64,000 nucleotides of DNA from the human T2T-CHM13v2.0 reference genome, Homo sapiens: the NCBI RefSeq assembly GCF_009914755.1, contig NC_060938.1. One strand, written 5' to 3'. The notes under the pieces are model-generated. The model ran no database searches. It was not told the origin of the DNA and saw only the letters and a list, made by a program, of their open reading frames with translations. Every line of letters starts with the position of its first letter. Within the stretch, counting starts at the first letter, position 1. The translations under genes were made by a program, and so were the position numbers. Positions 15,720 through 30,050 of the stretch are shown in pieces.

Positions 15720-16210
15720 TGTGTTTATCAGGGACACAGCAGAAAACAGATGGCGTACTTGGGTAGGGTAATTAAAGAACACTTAATAAGGAGTCTTCTA
15801 CAAAACTGTGGGCAGAGTTAAGGGAAACCAAAAAAGGCCAATGAAACTCTCCAGGGTTCACAATAGACAAGGTTCATTCCTACTCTTAAATCCAAAAGAG
15901 CAAAACAAGAGTGAGGAAGTGGGGGACAATTCAGGGAAACTGCAGAGAGCTATACCTCTGAACCTGGGAGAGGGTCACTTTTTAAAGTCAAGGTTTTCAG
16001 TGGAGCATTGCAGTCATGGCCCAACCTGTGAGAAGACAGTAAGGGAGCCTGGGCCATATGTATTTTGATCGCTTTATTCTCTCACCCTTCAGTCTCCTGT
16101 TGGTCTCCCTTGAGAAGCCAGTGGGCAAAGGGCTTGGATGATGGAGTCCATAGAGAAGGGAACAGAGCAGGAAGAAGAGTGGAGAATAGATATGGAAGAT
16201 ATCCAGCACA
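15720..16210 (-). mobile_element. ERVL solo LTR (LTR33-like)
   Basis: CAGCAGAAAACAGATGGC...GGAAGATATCCAGCACA. Appears to be the same family as 36411-36870 in the opposite orientation. Confidence 0.55.
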
Positions 16211-16250
16211 AAGGACCTCTCATTTCCACCAGTTTCCCTGACTTGCTCAA

Positions 16251-18670
16251 TGTTGCAGATTGGTTAACCTGGGAAGTGGACTCTGAAAATGAGATTAGCT
16301 TGCAGAATATTTTATATGAAATGTCTTTGCTGTCAACCCCCATGAAAGGAAGGGAAGGAAGTAGGATTGGGCAGAGAGGATGAGATGCAACACGGTCCTC
16401 AAAAAGCTCTCAGCCAATCTCATGGGAAGCTCTTGGCCTGGGGTGGCCTTTCAGGGTTCTCCGGAGTTGGGGTGTAGGAATTTTATAGGCCTCAGTTGAT
16501 CAATCATTGGATGTAGACTGTTTGCGTATTCAGGTATCATTGTCAACTCAGACTCTGTCAACAGTCCTTAACATGTTTCAATTTCCCTTTTTCAACTCCA
16601 CGGTTTCCTAATCAATTGTATAGGTCTCTTTAAAAAGAGACTGGAGGAATCATTCCCAGCATGCTTGCCATGGTATTGCTGGGTTCTTCCTCCTGGAAAC
16701 CTGACTTCTTTTTCCATCCATGGGTTCTGATTCTGAAACCTAGCTTAGGTCTAGAAGCTGAGAAAGGGATTGTGACTTTGCATTGAGATGGCAGCTTTCA
16801 GACTCCTGATTAACCACCTTGGATTTCTTTTGATTGTATAGCTTAAGTGCCCTTATTGCTTGCCCATCTACTTTGCCTCTAGCAAAGCTGTTTTCTATTA
16901 ACCATCTCTATGGGTCATGCTCCCTTTTGCTGACACTCATTCCAATGCTTTCATCCATCCAGTCTCCTGGTTAAGTCCTGATACATGGCCTTGCTTGTTT
17001 CAAGGACCTAAATTTCCCACTGTCAGTAGTGAGCTCATTTCTACATCTGCCTTGGCCTATGTAGGAGAGCCACCACAAACAACTTTAGTAATGCTGTTGC
17101 CCCTCTCACTAGACACTCATTACTGTTTTAGTAAATGGCAGATCCTCCAGCCCACTTGTGAAATCTGGTGAATTTTCTGGCCTTTCATAGTATATTTTGA
17201 CATATTCGTTTCTTGAGTCTTTCAATCCCTTCTTCCATTGTCTGGTAGTAATTCTTGGATTTCTCATTTAGTATGAGTCAGCCTAGCAGTATGTTTTCAT
17301 CATTTCCAAGGGTCCTTGCCGGAGCATTAAAGGCTGTATTATAAGAAACTACTCTTATATCAAACTGTTATTCAAATTTGTTTTACCCACCTTGATCTGG
17401 GACACCCAGATTCCTACTTACATCTTTCTGGGTAGAAGTGTACCATACAGTTACTTTAGGATTAAAGTACCTCTCCTTTTAGCATGTTCCAAACCGAGTT
17501 ATGTTGTGACTTAACCATATTTATTTGTCAAGTGACCAGGAAGGAAAGTGAGGGCAAATCCTGAGGGGGCATGTGTTCTTTTGTGTGGGTGCGATCTGTG
17601 AATGATCCTCAAGCAAAAAGAGTGCTAGCCCTTAACTGGGAAAATTGGGCCAATTCTGCAGGCTTAGAGAGTTTACGGAAGTCTGATGGTTCAAGACTTG
17701 AATCCATTAACTTAGATGTCCCCATACCGTATGTCAGCTTCCTATTCTTTTCAAATCAGGACCCTGACTGTGGCACAGCTGATCTTCCTTGGTTGGGAGT
17801 TTAATCTTCTATAAAACCTGACTGTTCCTTGGTGGGATTCACAACTTTTCCTGCCCTACTGCTGAGGAGACAAGAACCTCTTTATTTGTTACCATGGAAG
17901 TACTCACTCTTTTTATATTTAGCTTTTAATTGCCAATGTATCCATCTCAACTTTTTGTTATTTTTTTTAGAGCTTCAGCAGGTGGCAGTAGCTACCCTAT
18001 TTCACTGTCCTCATGGTTGCTCTTTCTGCATTTTCCCTCAAAATCCAACCAATGCATTCCCTTCCACTGGAAAAGTGTCAACAATTATCCTATTATCTTG
18101 TGCCAGGAGATATGTGTGCTGCCTCTAGCATCAGACATGGGGTAGATGGCACATTGCCAGCAGGTGGGCAGGCAATCCGCATGAAAATTCTTATCTTAAC
18201 GTTTGTTTTATCACTCCTAAGGACAATGGCTGCGGATTGGGTTCCCTGGGAAGCCAACTTTAAGACAGAGAAAGGCATGCAGGAGCTTATTAGAGGATGT
18301 TTTTGGTAATGCTCTTAGGGTCAATTCTTGAGGATAGTAAGGAAGCAGGAGGGGAAGTTGCATCCCAATACAGAGCCAATAGAGATCTCTACTGATGCCA
18401 TAGACTGCTCTGAAGTTGACATGCCCCTTGTCCTAAGTTGTAGTGAGGAGATTGGGCCTTTATGTCTCTGAGTTTATCAGTCTTTGGGTATGGGATGCCC
18501 TGGAAGGTGGTCTGATGTTAGGTGAAACACTTTTTTTTTGTTTTTAAGCTAATTCAAATCTCCAGAGAGGGTTGATAGCAGCACTCCCAGCAGCTCAGGA
18601 AGCAAGTCTTTCATTCTTGAAAGAGGATCTGGAGATCTGGATGGCCCAGTAGAGCATACTCCACGTCCAA
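16251..18670 (-). mobile_element. Deleted ERVL-class provirus remnant: LTR16-like LTRs (about 16251-16520 and 18230-18670) around a gag/pro remnant
   Basis: Two co-oriented similar LTR segments (GATTGGTTAACCTGGGAAGTGGACTCTGA vs GATTGGGTTCCCTGGGAAGCCAACTTTAAG). Minus strand 16567-16532 reads GLLTESELTMIP, similar to the ERVL protease motif GLLDTGSELTLIP. Confidence 0.6.
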
Positions 18671-18744
18671 ATACATCTAAATTTTTAGGGTGAGCAAGCT
18701 TAAGTTGGGATGAAAATGAATGACCTGGGAATGTGAGCAACATA

Positions 18745-18848
18745 AGTGCAGTGGTTTTTGTCTGTTTTGTGCATTGCTCTTGTCCTAGCACCTAGAACAG
18801 TGCCTGACATATAGCATTGGCTCCAGAAATGTTTGTTGAACAAATGCT
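18745..18848 (+). mobile_element. L2 3' end
   Basis: CCTAGCACCTAGAACAGTGCCTGACATATAG...GTTTGTTGAACAAATG. Confidence 0.8.
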
Positions 18849-19389
18849 CGTCACTCTCAGATTCATAGATTCTGACATGGTATGTAGTGTCTTCCTACCT
18901 CTTTGGTCAGAACTATTTCTTTTGCACACATGTTTCTATTGCCATAGTCTGTGATTCAAGTTCAATTCTCTGTATATTGAGGTTAGTGAATTAATATTTA
19001 CCAACTGATGTTAAAATGGAAAACAATGTAATGTTTTTCCTGTTTTTTGAGACTTACATGGATGATTGTGTCATCATAGTGTTATTCCTGACTCAATTTT
19101 TTTCTTGAAAATTACTGTGTGTCATATAATTCATTTGTATGCATTTGGCTGAGAGTTTTTTTTTTTTAGAGATGATGATGCAGCCACAATGGGAAAAAAA
19201 AATTTAACTTTTGTCTTGGCCTTAAAATATCTGACCTCTTCAGAAATGTTTTGGGCAAGCCAAATACTAACACTCATCTAAAGAGAAGATGAATATGCAA
19301 ATTGACATAGAACATTGTCAAACTAACAAGAAAATGTAGTAAAAAGTGAAAATCCCTCAGGAAGCAACATTTAAAAAAATCCTTTTACA

Positions 19390-19640
19390 TTTATTATACT
19401 TTAAGTTCTGGGATACGTGTGCAGAATGTGCAGATTTGTTACATAGGTATACATGTGCCATGGTGGTTTACTGCACCCATCAACCCGTCATCTAGATTTT
19501 AAGCCCTGCATGCATATAGGTATTTGTCCTAATGCTCTCCTTCCCCTTGCCCCCCACCGCCCTGACAGGCCCCCCGTGTGTGATGTTCCCCTCCCTCTGT
19601 CTATGTGTTCTCATTGTTCAACTCCCACTCAAGAGTGACA
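19390..19640 (-). mobile_element. Short L1PA7/8-like 3' end
   Basis: TTATACTTTAAGTTCTGGGATACGTGTGCAGAATGTGCAG. Flanking repeat AAAAAAATCCTTTTACA at 19373-19389 and 19697-19713. Confidence 0.92.
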
Positions 19641-20220
19641 CCAGAATTGCAGTCAATTTGTTCCATTAAAAAATCCTACCTATTTATAATCTGGCAAAAA
19701 AAATCCTTTTACAAATATGTCATGTAGTGAAAATGACACCTACCTATTCTCCTATTTTTCTTGTTTATACTATGAATAGCTACTGTAGATAGAAGTATAC
19801 ATATGTATGTGAATCTACATTGTATAAAAATAGTTTATGGACTATGAGTTATTGTTATGACAATTTACAGATTTTTAGATTTAAATTCTTTTGGAAAATC
19901 ACCAGATAATTTCATATTACTCATCTTGTACACTCACATGCACATCCTGTAGAGCTAAATGTCTTAATGGATAGCAAAATTCATAAATATCACAGTATAA
20001 CTATAGAATACACCTTCCAATAATTTAATAATAGAGTAGCATCTGATATTTATGAAGTGCTGCTTATGTGCCAGACATGGTGCTGAATATCTGTGTCATC
20101 ATCCTACATGACGCTCACAGGCATCCCATCCTGACTCCAAAACCCATATTCCCAGCTTCTACCTGTGTTCCCTTCCAATGATGCATTTGCTTGTCTTGAG
20201 AGCTGTTTTTCACTGCCTCA

Positions 20221-20561
20221 TGTATTAGTCTGTTTTTCTGCTGCTGCTGTGATCTTTATTTCCAAGACTGGGAAGAAAGAGAGGTTTAATTGGACTTACA
20301 GTTCCACATGGCTGGGGATGCCTCAGTCATGGTGGGAGGCAAGAGAAAATGAGGAAGAAGCAAAAGTGGAAGCCCCTGATAAACCCATCAGATCTGGTGA
20401 GACTTATTAACTGCCATGAGAATAGCAGAGGAGAATAGCAGAGGAAGGACCGGCCCCCATGATTCAATTACCTCCCCCTGGGTCCCTCCCATAACACGTG
20501 GGAATTCTGGGAGATACAATTCAAATTGAGATTTGGGTGGGGACACAGCCAAACCATATCA
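20221..20561 (-). mobile_element. THE1C solo LTR (MaLR)
   Basis: TGTATTAGTC...CCAAACCATATCA with 5-bp TSD CCTCA (20216-20220 and 20562-20566). Internal 13-bp duplication GAGAATAGCAGAG. Confidence 0.93.
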
Positions 20562-22969
20562 CCTCAGCTCACTGAATTCACTGACAGCCACCACTAATAA
20601 GATCATGAAAAGAGCCTTCCGAGTCCAATGCTGTGATTCTTTCACATTAGGTACATTAATTTGGGTCATTGTATGAAATTGTGGTCTACCAAGATTCAGC
20701 CAAAGAAGCAATAGAAAACATTGAGGGTGATTGCAGGATTTGTAGTTAACTGAATAGCTCTGTCAGCCTATGCTTTTAGATCTCTGTGCATGGTGTTCCT
20801 TATGCGCTAACATGGCCTACTATGTCCCACTCCATTGCTGACCTTACAAAAATCTTCTCACTTTCCAAGTTTCAGTTCCAACATTTCTTCCTGTTTGAGT
20901 GACACCTTTTGAATTACCAGACTGAGTGAAGCACTCGCCTATGCTCTCAGTTTTCATTCTCTCCTTCCTCCTCCACTCCTTCTCTCTCTATAGTGTGTGT
21001 ATACATATCACTATGATAGAATTTATAGGAATTATTTGTAGACATAATAGATTATGATACTTAAGGGTATTATCTGGGTCTTTTAATTATTGACTTCCTG
21101 GGACTTTGCACCGTATCTTGCAAAATTGTTAGTGAATGAGTAAATGCAAGAATAGACAGAAATTTGGAGACTACTAGGACTGAAAAAGACAGGTGGGCAA
21201 AAATAGCCATCTCAGTATAAAAATGTAGGGCATGTGTCTTGGTTATCAGTGCACACAGACTGGATGTACCATAAAAAATACTTTTCTCTCCATCCCAGGA
21301 AGGACTCTTGCTCATGCTGGTAGCCTTTTGATACTTGCTACTCTGGATTGGAACAGAAATCCCTTTTCTTAGTAGTCATGTGCACCATGTACAAAATATC
21401 AGTTAGTTTCACTCTTTTGTCAGTTAATTCTCCAGTTGCTTTACTGAATTAATGTCACTGTGAACTTATAAATGCCACCTCATTGTAGAATTTGCCGTTT
21501 ACTGCCAACGAAGGAACAGAAAATTTCTTGCTTGCTTTCTAGTGCCCCTTTAAATACCTTTAGTACATTCTTCCTCTTTTAAATTCTATCAGGTCTTTAA
21601 AAGCCATATGTACCTTCTCTTTCTTCTACTATTAAACACATGCCGACCAAGAGAAGGAGCAACTTATTCTAACCTTCCCAGTCCATAATTATGTGTGGAT
21701 TTCAAAGGAAAATCTGCACAAATCCCTTTTCTAATCTCTTACGTGATTAGATTATTCCTGCTTCACAATATTTTGTTAATAAATAAGGGGCAACAATTGG
21801 GAGAAGAGGAAGAACAGGAAGATGGGAAGAATTTTTGAAAAGTGGAAGCGTCTTAACGGGGTCACATTCCCCTCACAATCAATATGGTGTCACAGTTGGA
21901 TTTCTACCAGGAAATGAGGATATAGGGACTGTGTGCTAATCAATGAGATGGAGAGAAAAGTGTGAAGCTCTTGCTTTTTGTTCCACTGAAGTGTTTTTTC
22001 CTTGGCGTCTCTCCTCTGTGTTCTCTGAAAGAAACAATACTGGATCTGAGATTAAGTCTCCCTTTGTCTTCACCTCTAGCAAGCGCACTGTGACATTTGG
22101 CAGCTCAGCTCTGATATGCAGGTACCGAAGGGCAGCTTCTGAGGGATTCTTCTGTGATGTGCAGGACAATCTTTCAGGTGATTAACTAGACTCAATAAAT
22201 GGGTCAGCAAAGAAATGCTAGCCTAAGATTTCCTCAGTTCTGTCACAGGTCAAGAGTCTTCACCAACCACGTTTGAACAACTCATTAGTGGATGCTTTCA
22301 ACCTCACACTCTCCAATTGGAAGCTCTTGCTCGGTCTAAATTGATACTGAGTTTTCCCTTTCCCTGCATTATTTTAAATGAACATAAAGTAGGATGACCT
22401 GTCTTCTTAACCATACCAGCTCCCCTTTATGATAAAAATAATAACTCAGAATCTGGCATTTCCCCCATTTCCAGTAACTGACTTTGGTAGAAACATTGCT
22501 ATAGTCATAGAAAGTAAATTTCAATAAGGGGTTTACTATAAAAATATGTAAGGATTCAGGGTGAATGTGATAAAGTGGTAGGTGATACTGAGAACTGTTA
22601 TATGGGAAAGTTTAATATAATTTGGGAATAAAACGTTGTTCTTATTGATCATGTTTCTTCAAGTGAGCTGAGAAGGGGTTTATTCTTAAATTTTATGTAG
22701 AAAGCAATGTCTGGACAAATTGTCAAGCTATTCATATTGAGACTGAAGCTATGCAGTTAATGTTTTTTGGCCCTACTTTTTTTTTTTATTTTGATGTCAC
22801 TCTGATCAATTTCCATGAGCTTGCTGGATCAGAAATCCACTGTTTTCTACAGGGACATTAAGATTTATCAGTCTGATCACCTTAAAATTGAATTTGGGTA
22901 AAAAAATATAGCTAAAAAAGACAAGGTTAACATACTGCATACAGACACGGGAATAAACTTGTTTCAGTA

Positions 22970-24777
<1,808 letters not shown>

Positions 24778-25799
24778 GTTGGGATTTTATGAAGAGAACA
24801 TCAGCTCTATTTCAATTGAGATTGAAAGAGACCTTGGGATGATCAATGTTTATTTTCCTTAACAGGACTAAGTACACTGACAAAACACATTATAAATAAT
24901 AGCTACAATGATACGATCCTTTCTCATTAACATGAGAGAAACCCTTCACTAGAGGAAATATCGCCATCCTGGTTTTCTGAGTTTGCCCTCTCTTGTCATG
25001 ATTGCGTGTGCCTGTCGCCCATTTTCTCCTGTTTGCCTTCTGGTTTGAGGTAGCTGACGATCAGCAGGTCCCCTGTTTGAATCAGGGCAGGCGTACCAAC
25101 TCCAGAGCATGATCAGTTTTCCTGTCTGTAGTTGTTCATGGTTTAAACTCTAAATTCAGTTGTTACCAATTGTGTGTCAGTATTGGGATATAAAGCTGGG
25201 GATTTCAAAGCACTTCCTTTCTGATTCTCTAAAATGCTTACTATGGCTACTGCTTACAAAATTTCCATGCTGCAGAGGTGGACAGGCTTTATAAGTCTCC
25301 ATTGTTTTTGGAGGAAGTGGGGATGACTTTTCTCCAGAGTACATCTAGAGCAGTTTCTCCCACTGCTGAATGTAGTTTGTTTTCCTCTATCAGTTTGCCT
25401 AACTAATATCAGCAGTTAAAATGACCCATTTGCTACTTCTTGGGTTTTGCTCTTTACCAGTTTGTGTATCTTATGTTTCTGATTCACAAATTCACATGAA
25501 ACAGACCTCCTAAGAGGCATGTGGTAGGAAATAATATGGAGATGATTCTACAGACTGCTCCACACTGACAACTAGAGCAGGTTCCAGGAGTCACTTAACC
25601 ATTAGTTACTATGAAGTCATTGAAACCTCAGAAAATTGAGTTTATTCTGATTATCTGATTATAGGTAGTTGGCAGTAAGGGGTATTATGGAAATACAAGA
25701 ATATACAGGCATGCACAATTTGTTGAGTATTTATATGTATCAGATATTGCTCTGCTTTATATATTTTAAAATAATTATCTGCTTACTTCCATTGAAATG

Positions 25800-26010
25800 A
25801 TAATGGAATATTCATTACAGTGCACCCTTATACTTTCAAAGTGTTCTCCTGTGTGAAGTAGATATTATTACCATTCTTTTATAAGCAAAAATACAGGCAC
25901 AGAGAAGTCAAGTAATTCATCTAAGGTGCTACATAATTACTAAAAGATAAATCCAGAATTGGATCCTAGGCAGTCAAGTTCAAGTCATGTCTTAACGACC
26001 ACACTTATCA
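25800..26010 (-). mobile_element. MIR SINE
   Basis: CAGGCACAGAGAAGTCAAGTAATTCATCTAAGGT, an antisense MIR core. Confidence 0.7.
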
Positions 26011-26204
26011 GCTATCCCATTTAATTTGGGAAATCCAATTATGGAGGCATCAGCACCTTCCCCAATATCAGCAATTGAGGCAAAAACTTACATATGATAC
26101 CTGATGGCATTTTTCTTTCTAACCAGTTCATATTATGTTTTGCACTGCTCCTTTTACATGCTCTTCCTCCTCTTTCAAGTCCTTAGAAAGGATTTAATGT
26201 ATTT

Positions 26205-28220
26205 AGAAGAAATGACACAAACAAATGAAAAAACATTCCATGCTCTTGAATAAGAAATCTCAATATCATTAAAATGGCCTTACTGCCCAAAGCAATTTAC
26301 AGATTCAATGCTATTCCCATTAAACTACCATTGACATTCTTCACAGAACTAGAGAAAACTATTTTAAAATTTATATGGTACCAAAAAGGAGCCCATATAG
26401 TCAATGCAATCCTAAGCAAAAAGAACAAAGCTGGAGGCATCATGCTACCCAACTTCAAACTATACTGCAGGGCTACAGTAACCAAAACAGCATGGTACTG
26501 GTACAAAAACAGACACATTGACCAATGAAACAGAATAGAGAACCCAGAAATAAGGCCACACACCTACAACCATCTGATCTTCAACAAACCTGACAGAAAA
26601 AAGTAATGGGGAAAGGATTCCCTATTCAATAAATAGTGCTGGGAGAACTGGCTGGCCATATGCAAAAAGTTGAAGCTGGACCCCTTCCTTATATCATATA
26701 CAAAAGTTAACTTAAGATGGGTTAAAGACTTAAAACTATGAAAACCCTGGAAGGCGACCTAGACAATACCCTTCAGGGCATAGGCACAAATAAAGATTTT
26801 ATGACAAAAGATGCCAAGAGCAAATGCTACAAAAGCAAAAGTTGACAAATGGAATCTAATTAAACTAAAGAGCTGCTGCACAGCAAAAGAAACTATCAAC
26901 AGAGTAAACAACCTACAGAATGGGAGAAAAATTTTGCAAACTATACACCTGATAAAGGTCTAATATCCAGCATCTATAAGGAACTTAAATTTACAGGAAA
27001 AAACAACCCCATTAATAAGTGGGCAAAGGACACTTTGAAGAACAGACATTTCTCAAGACATACATGCAGCCAACAATCACCTGAAAAAAAAAACTCAACA
27101 TCACTGATCATTAGAGAAATGCAAATCAAAACTACAATGAAATATAATTTTACAACAGTCAGGATGACTACTAAAAAGCCAAAAAAATAACAAATGCTGG
27201 TGAGGTTGTGGAGAAAAATACTTTTACACTTTTGGAGGGAGTGTAAATTGGTTCAACCATTGTGGAAGACAGGGTGGCAATTCCTCAAAGACCTAAAGAT
27301 AGAAATACCATTTGACCCAGAAATCCCATTACTGGATATATACCCAAAGGAATATAAATCATTCGATTATAAAGACACATGTATGTGTATGTTTATTGCA
27401 GCATGATTCACAATAGGAAAGACATGGAATTAACCTAAATGCCCATCAATGATAGACTGGATAAAGAAAACATGGGACATATACACCATGGAATACTCTG
27501 CAGCCATAAAATGAGATCATGTTCTTTCCAGGAACATAGATGGAGCTGGAGGCCATCGTATTAGTCCATTCTCTTGCTGCTATAAAGAACTGCCCAAGAC
27601 TGGGTAATTTATAAAGGAAGAGGTTTAATTGACTTACAGTTCCACATGGCTAGGGAGACCTCCCATGTGGGGAGGAAACTTACGATCATAGCAGAAGGGG
27701 AAGCAAACATGTTCTTCACATTGCAGTAGGAAGGAGAATGAGAGCTAAGCAAAGAAGGAAGCCCTTTATAAAACCATCAGATCTTGTGAGAATTTACTAT
27801 CATGAGAATAGCATGGGGGAACCACCCACATGATTCAGTTACCTCCCACCGAGTCCCTCCCATGACACATGGGGATTATGGGAACTATAAGATGAGACTT
27901 GGGTGAGGACACAGCCAAACCGTATCAGCCATTATCCTTAGCAATCTAACACAGGAACAGGAAACCAAATACTGCATGTTCTCACTTATAAGTGGGAGCT
28001 AAATGATGAGAACACATGGACACAAAGAGGGGACGAACACACACTGGGGCCTGTCAGAGCATGAAGGGTGAGAGGAGGGAGAGGATCAGAAAAAATAATG
28101 GAGAGTATGCTTAATACCTGGGTGATGAAATAATCTGTACAACAAACCCCCATGACACATGGTTGCCTATGTTGACAAACCTGCACATCCTGCATATGTA
28201 CCCCTGAATTTAAAAGTTAA
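26205..28220 (+). mobile_element. 5'-truncated older L1PA (about PA13-16) split by THE1D
   Basis: ORF2 remnant [19 protein letters not shown]; 3'UTR GGGAGAGGATCAGAAAAAATAA...ACAAACCCCCATGACAC. Confidence 0.92.
27557..27927 (-). mobile_element. THE1D solo LTR nested in L1
   Basis: CGTATTAGTCCATTCTC...CCAAACCGTATCA. TSD GCCAT at 27552-27556 and 27928-27932. The L1 sequence GAGGCCAT|TATCCTTAGC rejoins across it. Confidence 0.93.
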
Positions 28221-29864
28221 AGGACTATAATGAGAAAAAAATCAATGTCCCTGTCCTAATCTGATACCACTGGGTCCCTGGATATGACAGAAACAAAGAC
28301 AAAAGGCTAGGGATCATGAGGAAAGGGTGAAGATAACCCCTACTTCATAGATTTCTCTAGGACCAGCTCCTGTGTACCACATTCATCGATTTCTAATGAA
28401 AATGAAAGAAAAATTACTAGAACGTGCATCTTCCTTGGGTAGCTAATAATCATTTTGACACATCACAAGGTAAACTCTTTTTTTGGAAGATGCAAAGATA
28501 TTTTAGACAATATCTCTGCCCTCAACTTCTCATTGCCCTGCTCTCTGTCCTCTCATGACATAGATTTAAATTCAGCACGGGCAGGAGTCTCATCTCAATC
28601 ATCTTTTTATCTCCTTCCCTAGATTAGGGTGCAGAAGGTTCACAATAAATGCTTGTGAAATACATGCTTGATGGCCCCGTGGTTCAGCTCTGGTATGAGT
28701 AAGTTGGAGTCTGGGTTCCTGGAGATGTCCCAAAGCACCAAATGCCTCAAGCCCAGCTGCTGTCATCTTGTTAGCAAGGATGAATATGCAACAGCAGGTG
28801 GCAGCAAACCTTTGCATTTGCTCTTCTCTTGGTAGCAATAAGTGTCTCAGCCAAATTGTGTTATGGCTCACAGGTGTCCTGCTTTTTCCACTTGGTGCCT
28901 TTTGGATCTAGTTTGCTGAGAAATGCAGCTCCACGAACAATATCCTCAGCACCTCTTTCAGAATAAACTAGATTTCAGTAGAAGGAGTTCAATTTGAATT
29001 AAAGTGAGCCAACCTGCCTTGCCAGCTGTTGCCCTTGCAGACTCTGTGTGCCAGTAACGGCAGCCACCTGGGGAGATGCCCTTCCTGGGAAAGCGCTGCT
29101 GCTGCAGTTGTGCCCTTTGCCTCAGCAGTCCATTAAAAACTGTTTTGCAGAGAAGGCGACTGGGAGGTATGACAGGTTGATTATACATTGAGGTGGACTA
29201 GGATAGCCTATCTTATGTCTGATAGGCCAACACATTTAGCAATAGTGTCCCCTTACACTCTCAAAGTGTTCTTGCTTGGGTGGAGGCTAAGTTGTATGGT
29301 CATGAGTGGCTCATGTTTCCATCTGGGTCCTCAGCTGTGTAAGAAGGGAATTGAAAGGAATCTGAAGCAATTGCCTTGATGAGTATCTGAGATTTGAGAG
29401 GTGAGAGGTAGAAGGAGGAAGTGGGATTCATGGAGGAGAACTTTGGGGCTTGGGTAAACTCTTTTTCTTCCCTTGTCTTCTGAAGCTGGATGGCTTTGTG
29501 GCCAAGTTGCAAAGGAAGTGGTACATTTATCCAGTCCTCCAACAGGCTCCACAGACTTTCTTGTCCTTCTGAAGACATCCTAGGTATCATACTTCACATC
29601 TACAGGAATGTGCTTTCTAATGGGCAGCATTTGGCCACTAGGTAGCTTTTAGGCAAGGGCCCTGCTGAACCTAATTAGAACACACAGAAAATTCCCATGG
29701 TAAATTGACATTAGACAGTGAAGGTGGGCAGCAGTGTGTGTGTGGGTGGGGGTGGTCGGGGGCAGGGTCATAGGGATGAGGATCTAGTTTTGGCAGGAAC
29801 TTGAGCTAGCTTCAGGACCCCAACAAAACCCAGTTGTACGTGGTGGGTGATGCTCTAAGAGGTG

Positions 29865-30050
29865 GTGTAGCATAGTGGGTAATATGGTCCACTTCGAAGG
29901 TAGAAAAGAGTAAGCTGGCTTCAGACTCTGCCATTTCTTCATTGCATGAACATGGGTAAACACTCAATTCCTCAGGGTCCTCATTTCTAAAATGGGTCTA
30001 GTAACGCCCACACTCACAGTACATACTCTACACATGGTAAATCATGAATA
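29865..30050 (+). mobile_element. MIR SINE
   Basis: GTGTAGCATAGTGG...CCTCATTTCTAAAATGGG. Confidence 0.65.
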
